This document shows, piece after piece, positions 1 to 7,529 of a stretch of DNA of 34,349 bases. The translations under genes and the position numbers were made by a program. Within the stretch, counting starts at the first letter, position 1. Every line of letters begins with the position of its first letter. Below the pieces are notes generated by a model that did not search any database, was not told the DNA's origin, and saw nothing but the letters and a program-made list of their open reading frames with translations. This DNA comes from Thiomargarita sp. (GTDB lineage: Bacteria; Pseudomonadota; Gammaproteobacteria; Beggiatoales; Beggiatoaceae): the NCBI GenBank assembly GCA_030635005.1, contig DAOVZS010000001.1, positions 1 through 34,349 of the forward strand. The letters are read 5' to 3'.

Positions 1-2
1 TA

Positions 3-494
3 AATGATACTGATATTGGTGCATTTGGTTATACATACAATGGGGGGATGACAGTGAATGTTGCTATATTAGACCAAAATACCTTGAAAATCAATCTGTT
101 AGGTCAAGCAGGTCAACAGCTTATTTTAAATCTGTCAGGAAATCGCAGTGTTGTAGTGACTTTGAATAATGAGGTGTGTCAACAACCCACACTCTCTTCA
201 GATATGAAATTGCATATCCCATTATTGCACTATCTCACAGAATCAGGGGAAGCTATCAAATTTTGGGCAGATTTAGAGTTTTTAAGAGATGATTTAATAT
301 TTACAGTCTCCCAATATGGTGAACAAGAGAATATTTCAGATGCATGTGGATATGCCACATTATCATCTGCAGAAGGATTACAGATTCCAATGTTACAGTA
401 TAATCCATCACAAGGAGTCTCTCAAATATTTTGGGCTCATTTAGATTGGATAGAGGCTCTATTATTTAAAGTCACAGATTTTGGTATCAAATAA
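3..494 (+). CDS. hypothetical protein, C-terminal part (gene appears truncated by the left window edge); contains an internal tandem ~36-aa repeat
   Basis: The frame stays open from nt 3 to the ATG at 48 (NDTDIGAFGYTYNGG-MTVN...), with stop TAA at 492-494. No family recognised. The repeat L[HQ]IP.L.Y....G....FWA.L.......F.V...G occurs twice (nt 210-320 and 378-485). Confidence 0.45.
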   Translation, partial: NDTDIGAFGYTYNGGMTVNVAILDQNTLKINLLGQAGQQLILNLSGNRSVVVTLNNEVCQQPTLSSDMKLHIPLLHYLTESGEAIKFWADLEFLRDDLIFTVSQYGEQENISDACGYATLSSAEGLQIPMLQYNPSQGVSQIFWAHLDWIEALLFKVTDFGIK

Positions 495-594
495 ATGATA
501 TCAAGCTTTGCATGATGTCACGATGCACTCACATCCTATGATTTTTGTGGCAAATACCTTATAATAAGACAAAATTTTACCAAAGGAACGTCAG

Positions 595-834
595 ATGAGT
601 AAAACAAATCAAGCCAATGCTGTCATGCTCACAGCATCATTAGGTTTCCTTAGTACAATATTGTATCTATTACTCTTTTTATTTAAAGAGCCCATTTTAC
701 AACTGATAGCACAGGGTGGTTGGTATTTTCTGATACCCATCACAATTGCTTTTATTTTGTCTTATGTGCATGGTGCTTTTGTCAACCATTTTTGGGATGT
801 TTTAGATGTTAAACCAAATCCTATGGGGGAATGA
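595..834 (+). CDS. small hypothetical membrane protein (two hydrophobic helices)
   Basis: 79-aa ORF with an AAGGA SD-like element about 7 nt upstream of the ATG. Two hydrophobic segments (LTASLGFLSTILYLLLFLF; WYFLIPITIAFILSYV). It ends 6 nt before the TauE/SafE gene on the same strand. Confidence 0.45.
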   Translation: MSKTNQANAVMLTASLGFLSTILYLLLFLFKEPILQLIAQGGWYFLIPITIAFILSYVHGAFVNHFWDVLDVKPNPMGE

Positions 835-840
835 ATTTAA

Positions 841-2772
841 ATGGAACTGTTTTTTGATTTTCAATTAACGAGCATCCTTTTCTTATTATTTGTGGGATTT
901 GTGGGTGGCTTAGTCAGTGGTTTTATTGGGGCGGGGGGGGCATTTATCTTTACGCCTGCTATGATGAGTCTGGGCATTCCCGCTATTGTGGCAGTCGCCA
1001 GTAATTTATGTTATATGTTTCCTAAAGCATTACAAGGCGGACTTAAACGTATAAAATATGGGCAAGTAGATGTTAAATTAGGCACCATAATGGGATTATC
1101 AGCACTCATTGGCGTCGCTTGTGGTTCCCTACTACAAATAGAAATTAAAAATATTTTTGGAGAAGTCAGTTCAAATATTTATGTCTCTTCTGTTTTTGTG
1201 GTGATATTGGCTATTCTCGGTGCTTATGCACTTAAAAGTGCATGGTACATCTATAAATATCCTGGTAGACGAGAGAAAAAGATTACAAACACAATTGCCA
1301 TGTGGGTACAATCCATTCATATTCCAGGCACAATGATGTATTTTCGCAGTATTGAAACCAAAGTTTCTCTATTATTTGTTTTTCCGCTTGGGTTTGCTGT
1401 GGGATTGTTAGCAGGGACTATTGCTGTCAGTGGGTTTGTGGGAGTGACGGTCACAATGTATATCTTAGGTGTGCCGGGATTAATCGCGTCTGCAACTGAA
1501 TTAATGATTGCTTTTGCGATGGGAATAGGGGGAACTATCATCTATGGATTGTATGGTTTTGTAGATATTTATTTAGCAATGATTATCCTGGCAGGTTCTC
1601 TATTTGGAGTGCAGTTAGGGGGTGTGAGTGCGACGTATGCTAAAGATTATACAATAAAAATCGTCATGGGTAGTGTGATGATTTTGATTATGATTAGTTT
1701 ACTGCTTAAATTGCCCATCTATTTAATAGAATCCTTACATAATAACATTGTCATCAGTTTGAATTATAGCAGTTTTGGCATATTAGTCTTGGCATTAGTG
1801 GTGGGGGCGAGTATTATTTTGTATACCCTGATTCAAGGCAAACGACAATCTGCTAAAGCACGTGCAGTTGCCAGAGATGCACAAGCAATCGCACCTAGAT
1901 ATGAATCGGAATATTTTCCAACTTCCGCCAAACAATTATCACCGACAGGGCGTTTTGAGAAAATTATGTTGGTGACAGATAGTTCTGCATTTAGTGCTGC
2001 AGCAACCCGTGAAGGCATCAGACTGGCGCAAAGAACAGAAGGTGAATTATCCCTTATGTCAGTCGTCGTTACAAATTCTGAACACGAATCCTTAGCAAAA
2101 GAACTGATTGAAAAAGAAAATGCAGATGCGATTAGACGTTTAGAAACAGTCAAACACACCGCAAATAATGCTGGGGTAGATTGTAAAGTTTATTTACGTC
2201 GCGGTATCGAAATTTATCAAGAAATTGTAGATGAAGCTGAAGAAAGACGGGTAGATTTGATTGTCATGGGACGAAGAGATTATACGGGAATCATGCGTGT
2301 ATTAATGCGTAGTAGTACTGCTAAAGTGATTGGATATGCCCATTGTAGTGTGTTAGTCGTCCCAAGAACAGCAAAAATTGAGGGTAAAAAGATTTTATTA
2401 GCGGTGGATGGGTCACGTTATAGCGACACGGCTGCCAGCACTGTCATGAGTTTAGCAAAACATATTCATGCCGAAGTATTAATCGTATCGATTACCTCTA
2501 CTGTTCATAAAGAACAACGACGTCAAGACAGTCTTGACGAAGTGACGCGCGTAGGCAGTTTTTTAACACAAGAAGGTATTCAGGTTGAGGAAAAAGTATT
2601 AAGTGGTAATCCAGCAGACACAATTTTAGAAATTGCCAAAGCGAAAGGCGTTGATTTGATTGTGATGGGAAGTCATGGACACACAGGGCTTAATAAGATA
2701 CTTTTGGGAAGTGTGTCAGATAAGGTCATTGCAAGTGCAGAATGTGCTATTTTAGTGGTTAAAGCAGCGTAA
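841..2772 (+). CDS. TauE/SafE (DUF81) family anion/sulfite exporter fused to two C-terminal universal stress protein (UspA) domains
   Basis: The N-terminal ~330 aa are polytopic with a GGLVSGFIGAGGAFIFTPAMM-type TauE motif. The C-terminal half has two Usp folds (KIMLVTDSS...DLIVMGRR...CSVLVVP and KILLAVDGS...DLIVMGSHGHTGLNKILLGSVSDKV...CAILVVK). Only the second keeps the G-2x-G-9x-G(S/T) ATP motif. Confidence 0.8.
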   Translation: MELFFDFQLTSILFLLFVGFVGGLVSGFIGAGGAFIFTPAMMSLGIPAIVAVASNLCYMFPKALQGGLKRIKYGQVDVKLGTIMGLSALIGVACGSLLQIEIKNIFGEVSSNIYVSSVFVVILAILGAYALKSAWYIYKYPGRREKKITNTIAMWVQSIHIPGTMMYFRSIETKVSLLFVFPLGFAVGLLAGTIAVSGFVGVTVTMYILGVPGLIASATELMIAFAMGIGGTIIYGLYGFVDIYLAMIILAGSLFGVQLGGVSATYAKDYTIKIVMGSVMILIMISLLLKLPIYLIESLHNNIVISLNYSSFGILVLALVVGASIILYTLIQGKRQSAKARAVARDAQAIAPRYESEYFPTSAKQLSPTGRFEKIMLVTDSSAFSAAATREGIRLAQRTEGELSLMSVVVTNSEHESLAKELIEKENADAIRRLETVKHTANNAGVDCKVYLRRGIEIYQEIVDEAEERRVDLIVMGRRDYTGIMRVLMRSSTAKVIGYAHCSVLVVPRTAKIEGKKILLAVDGSRYSDTAASTVMSLAKHIHAEVLIVSITSTVHKEQRRQDSLDEVTRVGSFLTQEGIQVEEKVLSGNPADTILEIAKAKGVDLIVMGSHGHTGLNKILLGSVSDKVIASAECAILVVKAA

Positions 2773-2785
2773 ATACAAAAAACGA

Positions 2786-2816
2786 GGATCAAGTTTTTCT
2801 TGAAAAAACTTGATCC
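2786..2816. terminator. 13-bp perfect inverted repeat hairpin between convergent genes (possible bidirectional terminator)
   Basis: GGATCAAGTTTTT-cttga-AAAAACTTGATCC lies between the stop of the + gene (2772) and the stop of the - gene (2823). There is no separate U-tract beyond the A/T part of the stem. Confidence 0.45.
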
Positions 2817-2822
2817 ATAACA

Positions 2823-3956
2823 CTAACCAATAATAGGCAAGGTAAAATAAAAAAGACTCCCCTGTCCATTTTGACTCTCAACGCCCACTTCACCACCACA
2901 TTTTTCAATTAACAAACGTACAATGGATAATTTCAAACCATACCCTTCTTGCGTAATATTGACATTACCAATATCACTAATGGGCGTAAATAATTGTTTT
3001 TGAACATCACTACTAATACCCAATCCATTATCTCGTACCCAAAAACGAATATGTGTTGTTCCGTGTACATTTTCTCCCAATTCTATACGAGCTGGGGAAC
3101 CGCCATATTTAATAGCATTACTAATATAGGTTTCCCATACTTTTTCAATCCAAGGGGCATAACCCCATACAGTCGTCCACTTAGGTGGGGTCACAATAGT
3201 GGGATGGTATTTTTCAATAAGCGTGGTTATTTGATGTTTGATCGTAGAAATATGTTTGGTCATATCGGTTGTATCCATGACTAATTTATGAGCACGTGCT
3301 TTTGCCAATAACACCATATCATCTACAACGTCCACCATTTGAAATCTAGAGTGTTCAATTTCTTGCAAAAATTTCAAGGGTTCACTGTCTGATAGCTTCG
3401 TCAATTCTTTCAAAAGCACTTTGGTAAAGCCAGATTGTCTTACTAAAGGTTTTTTTAAATCACGCACTACAAATTGAGCAAACGCATCTAATTCCATATT
3501 TTTTCGTTCTAATTCAATATTTTTTTGCTCAATAGCCGTTTTTTGTTGTTCAAGAATTCCCTGTATGTTTTGTAACGTGAGGTGAATGTTGATACGGGCT
3601 GACACTTCTTCATACTGAATAGGCTTGGTAATATAATCAATGGCACCGGCTTCAAAACCTTTTATTTTTTCTGCTGTATTTGTCAGGGCTGTCATAAAAA
3701 TAACAGGAATATTACAGCTTTCATCATTCGCTTTCAAAAGACGACAGGCTTCAAAACCGTCCATTTGGGGCATCATGACATCCAATAAAATCAAAGCCGG
3801 TTTGATCTGGCTTACTTGTTCTAAGACTTCTTGTCCATCTGTAGCACTATATACTTTATAACCAATATTTTCTAAATAACTCATAAGGATATTTAGACAA
3901 GTTGGATCATCATCTGCTATAAGCAATGTGTTATTTTCAAAATTGGAAATATCCAT
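2823..3956 (-). CDS. hybrid receiver (REC) - coiled coil - HisKA-like - HATPase_c protein; H-box histidine replaced by Arg
   Basis: REC motifs are present (LIADDD, LLDVMMPQMDG, FMTA, ITKP). The DHp-like segment ELDAFAQFVVRDLKKPL has R where the canonical SHDLRxPL His sits. The CA domain has an N box (SNAIKYGG), G1 (VRDNGLGI) and G2 (GYGLKLSIV). Confidence 0.8.
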   Translation of the reverse strand: MDISNFENNTLLIADDDPTCLNILMSYLENIGYKVYSATDGQEVLEQVSQIKPALILLDVMMPQMDGFEACRLLKANDESCNIPVIFMTALTNTAEKIKGFEAGAIDYITKPIQYEEVSARINIHLTLQNIQGILEQQKTAIEQKNIELERKNMELDAFAQFVVRDLKKPLVRQSGFTKVLLKELTKLSDSEPLKFLQEIEHSRFQMVDVVDDMVLLAKARAHKLVMDTTDMTKHISTIKHQITTLIEKYHPTIVTPPKWTTVWGYAPWIEKVWETYISNAIKYGGSPARIELGENVHGTTHIRFWVRDNGLGISSDVQKQLFTPISDIGNVNITQEGYGLKLSIVRLLIEKCGGEVGVESQNGQGSLFYFTLPIIG

Positions 3957-3973
3957 TTGTATTCCTCTTATAA

Positions 3974-4870
3974 TTAATTACCAGGTAGCAAAGCTTTCAG
4001 TTTATTCAAGAATGTTGTATTTTTTTTCTGTGGCTCTACAAGAATTTCTTCCGCTTGGATTGCAAGATCATACTCGCTTTCTAATAATAAGGGTTCTTGT
4101 TTTACCTCAGCATAATGCTTGAGTGCAGCATTAATATCAAATTCAAGTAACTCAGTCTCCACAGGTTTTGGTAAGTAACGAAATATTTTACCTTCATTAA
4201 TGAAACGGACAATGGTATGTGCATCTGCTTTAGTCGTTAATGCTACTGAAACGAGGGAGGGATACGTTGTTTTGAGGATATCAAAAAAAAGAAGAGTATC
4301 TTCTTCCTCTGCCATTGTATCTGTAATAAAGACAGCCAGTTCATGGCGTTCTTCCAAAAAAGCAATGGCTTCTTGCAAATCCTTTACATAATAAACATTC
4401 AGTTTATATCCAAATAATTGATGAATGGTCGTATATACTTCTTGATCTTCAGAAAGCACTAACAACCCTAGATTTTGATATTTCACAATATCTGGATCTT
4501 GTGTGATCTGTATTTTAGCAGCTGTAATGGTTTTTTGAAAACGATTCGTATTCCAAGGTTTTTCTACAAAACGAAAAATATCACCTGTATTAACCGAATT
4601 CATGAAAACATCTATATCAGCATAACTACTCAGTAAAATACATATCGTCTTTGGAGAGCTTTCCTTGACCTGCTTTAATAAATCAACACCTTGCATTTCA
4701 GGCATCCGTTGATCACTGACAATAATATCAATAGCATGTTTGTGAATGAGGGTAAGTGCATCTGGGCCATTATTAGCCGTAAACACAGTGTATTTATTTT
4801 CAAACATGTGCTTTAATACACTAATAATTTTCTCTTCATCATCTACAAATAATATGCTTCTTTCAGTCAT
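3974..4870 (-). CDS. response regulator with two tandem receiver-like domains and no output domain
   Basis: Start chosen at MTERSILFVDDEE (ATG at 4870). The longer ORF to 5092 overlaps the divergent L,D-transpeptidase gene and adds non-REC sequence. REC1 has DDE, SDQRMPEMQG, LLSS and EKPW. REC2 has LSED, ITDT, ALTT and PKPV. It lies 17 nt upstream of the REC-kinase gene. Confidence 0.75.
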   Translation of the reverse strand: MTERSILFVDDEEKIISVLKHMFENKYTVFTANNGPDALTLIHKHAIDIIVSDQRMPEMQGVDLLKQVKESSPKTICILLSSYADIDVFMNSVNTGDIFRFVEKPWNTNRFQKTITAAKIQITQDPDIVKYQNLGLLVLSEDQEVYTTIHQLFGYKLNVYYVKDLQEAIAFLEERHELAVFITDTMAEEEDTLLFFDILKTTYPSLVSVALTTKADAHTIVRFINEGKIFRYLPKPVETELLEFDINAALKHYAEVKQEPLLLESEYDLAIQAEEILVEPQKKNTTFLNKLKALLPGN

Positions 4871-4874
4871 AATG

Positions 4875-4902
4875 TTTACCCCAAAACGTGATATACTATA
4901 AT
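4875..4902 (+). promoter_or_regulatory. candidate sigma70 promoter for the L,D-transpeptidase gene
   Basis: TTTACC (4875-4880), 16-nt spacer, TATAAT (4897-4902). A GGAG SD lies 6 nt before the ATG at 4923. Confidence 0.3.
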
Positions 4903-4922
4903 TTATTATATTGGAGACGTAA

Positions 4923-5567
4923 ATGCAGTCAAAACAGTCAAAATTTAAATTTGTATTGTTCAGTGTTTTAAGTTTTTTAGTAATACTGGCACAGTATACA
5001 ATAGAAAACACCGAACAAGTACAATTATACAACACTACTATGGATGCTACCATAAAAAGTCCGTGTATGACTCTTCCGAACACGTCGTCCAAAATTGAGA
5101 TTGATATTTCAGAACAACAGCTTTACCTCATATGCACTTATGCTGATGGAGCAGAAGAAATCAAGAAGTATCCTATTTCAAGCTCTTCATATGGTATTGG
5201 TAATAAAGCGGGTAGTAATAAAACACCGTTAGGATTACATCGTATAGAACAGAAATTTGGAAAAGGTGCCCCATTTGGAATGATTTTTAAAGCCCGTCAA
5301 TCTACTGGACATATTGCCAAAATTGATGGTGAACTAGGAGATGTTATAACCACACGTGTTTTGTGGTTAAAAGGCTTAGAACCTAAGATAAATTCAGGTC
5401 CCAATATAGATTCTTACAAACGTTATATCTATATTCATGGTACTTCTGCAGAAAAGAACATTGGTAAACCTGCGTCACATGGTTGTATCAGAATGCTTAA
5501 TGATGATGTGATTGAATTATTTGACCGTGTTTCTAAAGGAACACAAGTGCATATTAGAAGAGAATAA
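4923..5567 (+). CDS. L,D-transpeptidase (YkuD/ErfK) family protein
   Basis: N-terminal hydrophobic anchor or signal. The catalytic signature is IYIHGTSAEKNIGKPASHGCIRMLNDDV (the HGC[IV]R motif). Confidence 0.85.
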   Translation: MQSKQSKFKFVLFSVLSFLVILAQYTIENTEQVQLYNTTMDATIKSPCMTLPNTSSKIEIDISEQQLYLICTYADGAEEIKKYPISSSSYGIGNKAGSNKTPLGLHRIEQKFGKGAPFGMIFKARQSTGHIAKIDGELGDVITTRVLWLKGLEPKINSGPNIDSYKRYIYIHGTSAEKNIGKPASHGCIRMLNDDVIELFDRVSKGTQVHIRRE

Positions 5568-6250
5568 TGCATATTCTCATTCTTGTATGTTTATTGCTTA
5601 TTGTTTTTTTTGGTCCTCAAATGTGGACAAAAAGAATTTTGTCTCAGTATAGCAAACATCGGGACGATTTTCCAGGCACAGGCGGAGCACTTGCCCGACA
5701 TTTGTTGGATGAATTGAATCTGTCAGATGTTCCAGTCGAAGTGACTGAAAATGGGGACCATTATGATCCAATAGAAAAAGTAGTCCGTCTGAGTGCCGCC
5801 AATTGGGGCGGTCAATCATTGACAGCCATCGCCACAGCAGCACATGAAGTAGGACATGCTCTTCAAGACCGAGAGGGTTATCTGCCTTTACAAGCACGTA
5901 CTAAATTAGCACAAGTCGGACATATCGCAGAAAAAGTGGGCGCTGCAATGATGATGATGATACCGGTGATAACGATCATCATGCGCGTTCCAGCAGCTGG
6001 GGGATTGCTGTTTTTGGCAGCTGTGATGAATTTAGGAGCTTCAACAGTCATTCATTTAATCACGTTACCTGTTGAATGGGATGCAAGTTTTAAACGAGCA
6101 TTGCCAATTTTGTCAGAAGGCGCCTATATTTCCACTGCAGATCAGCGTGCTGCCCGAAAAATTCTTATCGCATGTGCTTTAACTTATGTCGCGAGTTCAT
6201 TGGCAAGTCTATTAAATTTATGGCGATGGATTGCAATTTTACGTCGATAA
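5567..6250 (+). CDS. membrane zinc metallopeptidase (Zn_peptidase_2 / YugP-like family)
   Basis: HEVGHALQ zincin motif, an N-terminal TM helix and C-terminal hydrophobic helices. The start overlaps the upstream stop (TAATG). Confidence 0.75.
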   Translation: MHILILVCLLLIVFFGPQMWTKRILSQYSKHRDDFPGTGGALARHLLDELNLSDVPVEVTENGDHYDPIEKVVRLSAANWGGQSLTAIATAAHEVGHALQDREGYLPLQARTKLAQVGHIAEKVGAAMMMMIPVITIIMRVPAAGGLLFLAAVMNLGASTVIHLITLPVEWDASFKRALPILSEGAYISTADQRAARKILIACALTYVASSLASLLNLWRWIAILRR

Positions 6251-6264
6251 CAAAGGATTATATC

Positions 6265-7011
6265 ATGCGTCAATCATTGGTCGTAGCCAATTGGAAAATG
6301 AATGGTTCTCTCTCAGAAAATCAATCATTACTTAATAATGTAAAACAAGGTTTTTCGACTGTTCAACATGCAGAAGTAGCCGTTTGTGTTCCTTTTGTGT
6401 ATATACAGCAGGTGAGTGATTTATTAAAAGGCAGCGTGATTGCATGGGGCGGACAAAATATGTCCCAACAAACATCAGGTGCTTTTACAGGTGAGACTTC
6501 TGCTAATATGTTAGTGGATTTTGGATGTAAATATGTTATAGTAGGTCATTCAGAACGACGTAATTTATATGCTGAAAGTGATTTATTGGTAGCTGAAAAA
6601 TTTGCACAGGCACAATCTGCGGGCTTAATTCCTATCTTATGTGTAGGTGAATCATTGATACAACGTGAGGCAGGAGAGACTGAAAATGTAGTGCAACGTC
6701 AATTATCAGCTGTCATAAATCTACAAGGGGTTGCATCTCTGGCACAATCTGTGATAGCATACGAACCAGTTTGGGCTATCGGCACAGGAAAATCCGCGAC
6801 GTCTCAACAAGCACAAGATGTACATGCATTTATTCGGGGACAGGTGTCTGATGCTAGGGTTGCAGAACATTTACAAATCCTGTATGGTGGTAGCGTCAAA
6901 GGCAGTAATGCTGCTGAATTATTTGCTATGCCAGATATTGATGGGGGTCTGATAGGCGGTGCGTCATTGAAAGTTAATGAATTTCTAAGCATTTGTCAGG
7001 CTGCCCGGTGA
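6265..7011 (+). CDS. tpiA: triosephosphate isomerase
   Basis: MRQSLVVANWKMNGS, VIVGHSERR, AYEPVWAIGTGKSAT and ILYGGSV motifs. Start taken at the ATG at 6265, since the ORF-track extension overlaps the upstream gene. Confidence 0.95.
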   Translation: MRQSLVVANWKMNGSLSENQSLLNNVKQGFSTVQHAEVAVCVPFVYIQQVSDLLKGSVIAWGGQNMSQQTSGAFTGETSANMLVDFGCKYVIVGHSERRNLYAESDLLVAEKFAQAQSAGLIPILCVGESLIQREAGETENVVQRQLSAVINLQGVASLAQSVIAYEPVWAIGTGKSATSQQAQDVHAFIRGQVSDARVAEHLQILYGGSVKGSNAAELFAMPDIDGGLIGGASLKVNEFLSICQAAR

Positions 7012-7021
7012 ATAAAATAAA

Positions 7022-7396
7022 ATGAGTGAAATATTATCGATTAGTCACATTTTTCTCTGTGTGGGGTTAATTAGCTTAATCTTAATTCAACATGGTAAAG
7101 GTGCTGATGCAGGTGCTGCTTTTGGTGGTGGAGCATCTTCAACAGTGTTTGGTAGCCAAGGTTCGACTTCTTTTCTGAGTCGGGCAACCGCAATTTTGGC
7201 AACAATGTTTTTTGTCACATGTTTGGCACTTGCGTATTTTTCAATACAACGTATTGAACCTAAAAGTGGCATAGAATCGATACAACCCATACAAAATGAA
7301 ACGGGACAACTGAATCAAGAGATGGATGATTTACCACCCGTAAAAACTGAAGTACCCTTGACGGATATGGATATTCCCTCGATTCCGACTGAATAA
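7022..7396 (+). CDS. secG: preprotein translocase subunit SecG
   Basis: [44 protein letters not shown] is the classical SecG core. The tpiA-secG-tRNA-Leu order is typical of gammaproteobacteria. Confidence 0.92.
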   Translation: MSEILSISHIFLCVGLISLILIQHGKGADAGAAFGGGASSTVFGSQGSTSFLSRATAILATMFFVTCLALAYFSIQRIEPKSGIESIQPIQNETGQLNQEMDDLPPVKTEVPLTDMDIPSIPTE

Positions 7397-7434
7397 TATG
7401 ATTTATTCCTATGCTTAGCATGGGAAATTATCTC

Positions 7435-7520
7435 GCCGATGTGGTGGAATTGGTAGACACGCTGTCTTGAGGGGGCAGTGGCCACAAGCCGTGCCAGTTC
7501 GAGTCTGGCCATCGGCACCA
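7435..7520 (+). tRNA. tRNA-Leu (anticodon GAG), type II with long variable arm, CCA encoded
   Basis: GCCGATG...CATCGGC acceptor stem. Anticodon stem CTGTC/GGCAG with loop TTGAGGG (GAG). T-arm GCCAGTTCGAGTCTGGC. Closely resembles E. coli leuU, which also follows secG. Followed by a T6 run. Confidence 0.95.
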
Positions 7521-7529
7521 TTTTTTAAA

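Noticed and set aside
4871-5092. A 74-codon N-terminal extension of the tandem-receiver ORF (track start at 5092).
   Set aside because: The extension is Cys-rich and low-complexity, unlike a REC domain. It overlaps the divergent L,D-transpeptidase gene and its promoter. The REC domain begins right at the internal ATG at 4870 (MTERSILFVDDEE).
6172-6264. The upstream extension of the tpiA ORF, and similarly 13737-13802 for gspH, 14164-14181 for gspI and 14517-14558 for gspJ.
   Set aside because: The extensions overlap the preceding genes. The conserved N-termini (MRQSLVVANWKMNG; prepilin leaders ending G|F) begin at the internal ATGs.
7435-7520. The tRNA-Leu gene as a possible genomic-island integration site.
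   Set aside because: No integrase is present, and I noticed no direct repeat of the tRNA 3' end elsewhere in the window. Both flanks (secG, tamA/gltX) are core genes, and the secG-tRNA-Leu(GAG) order matches the conserved enterobacterial arrangement.
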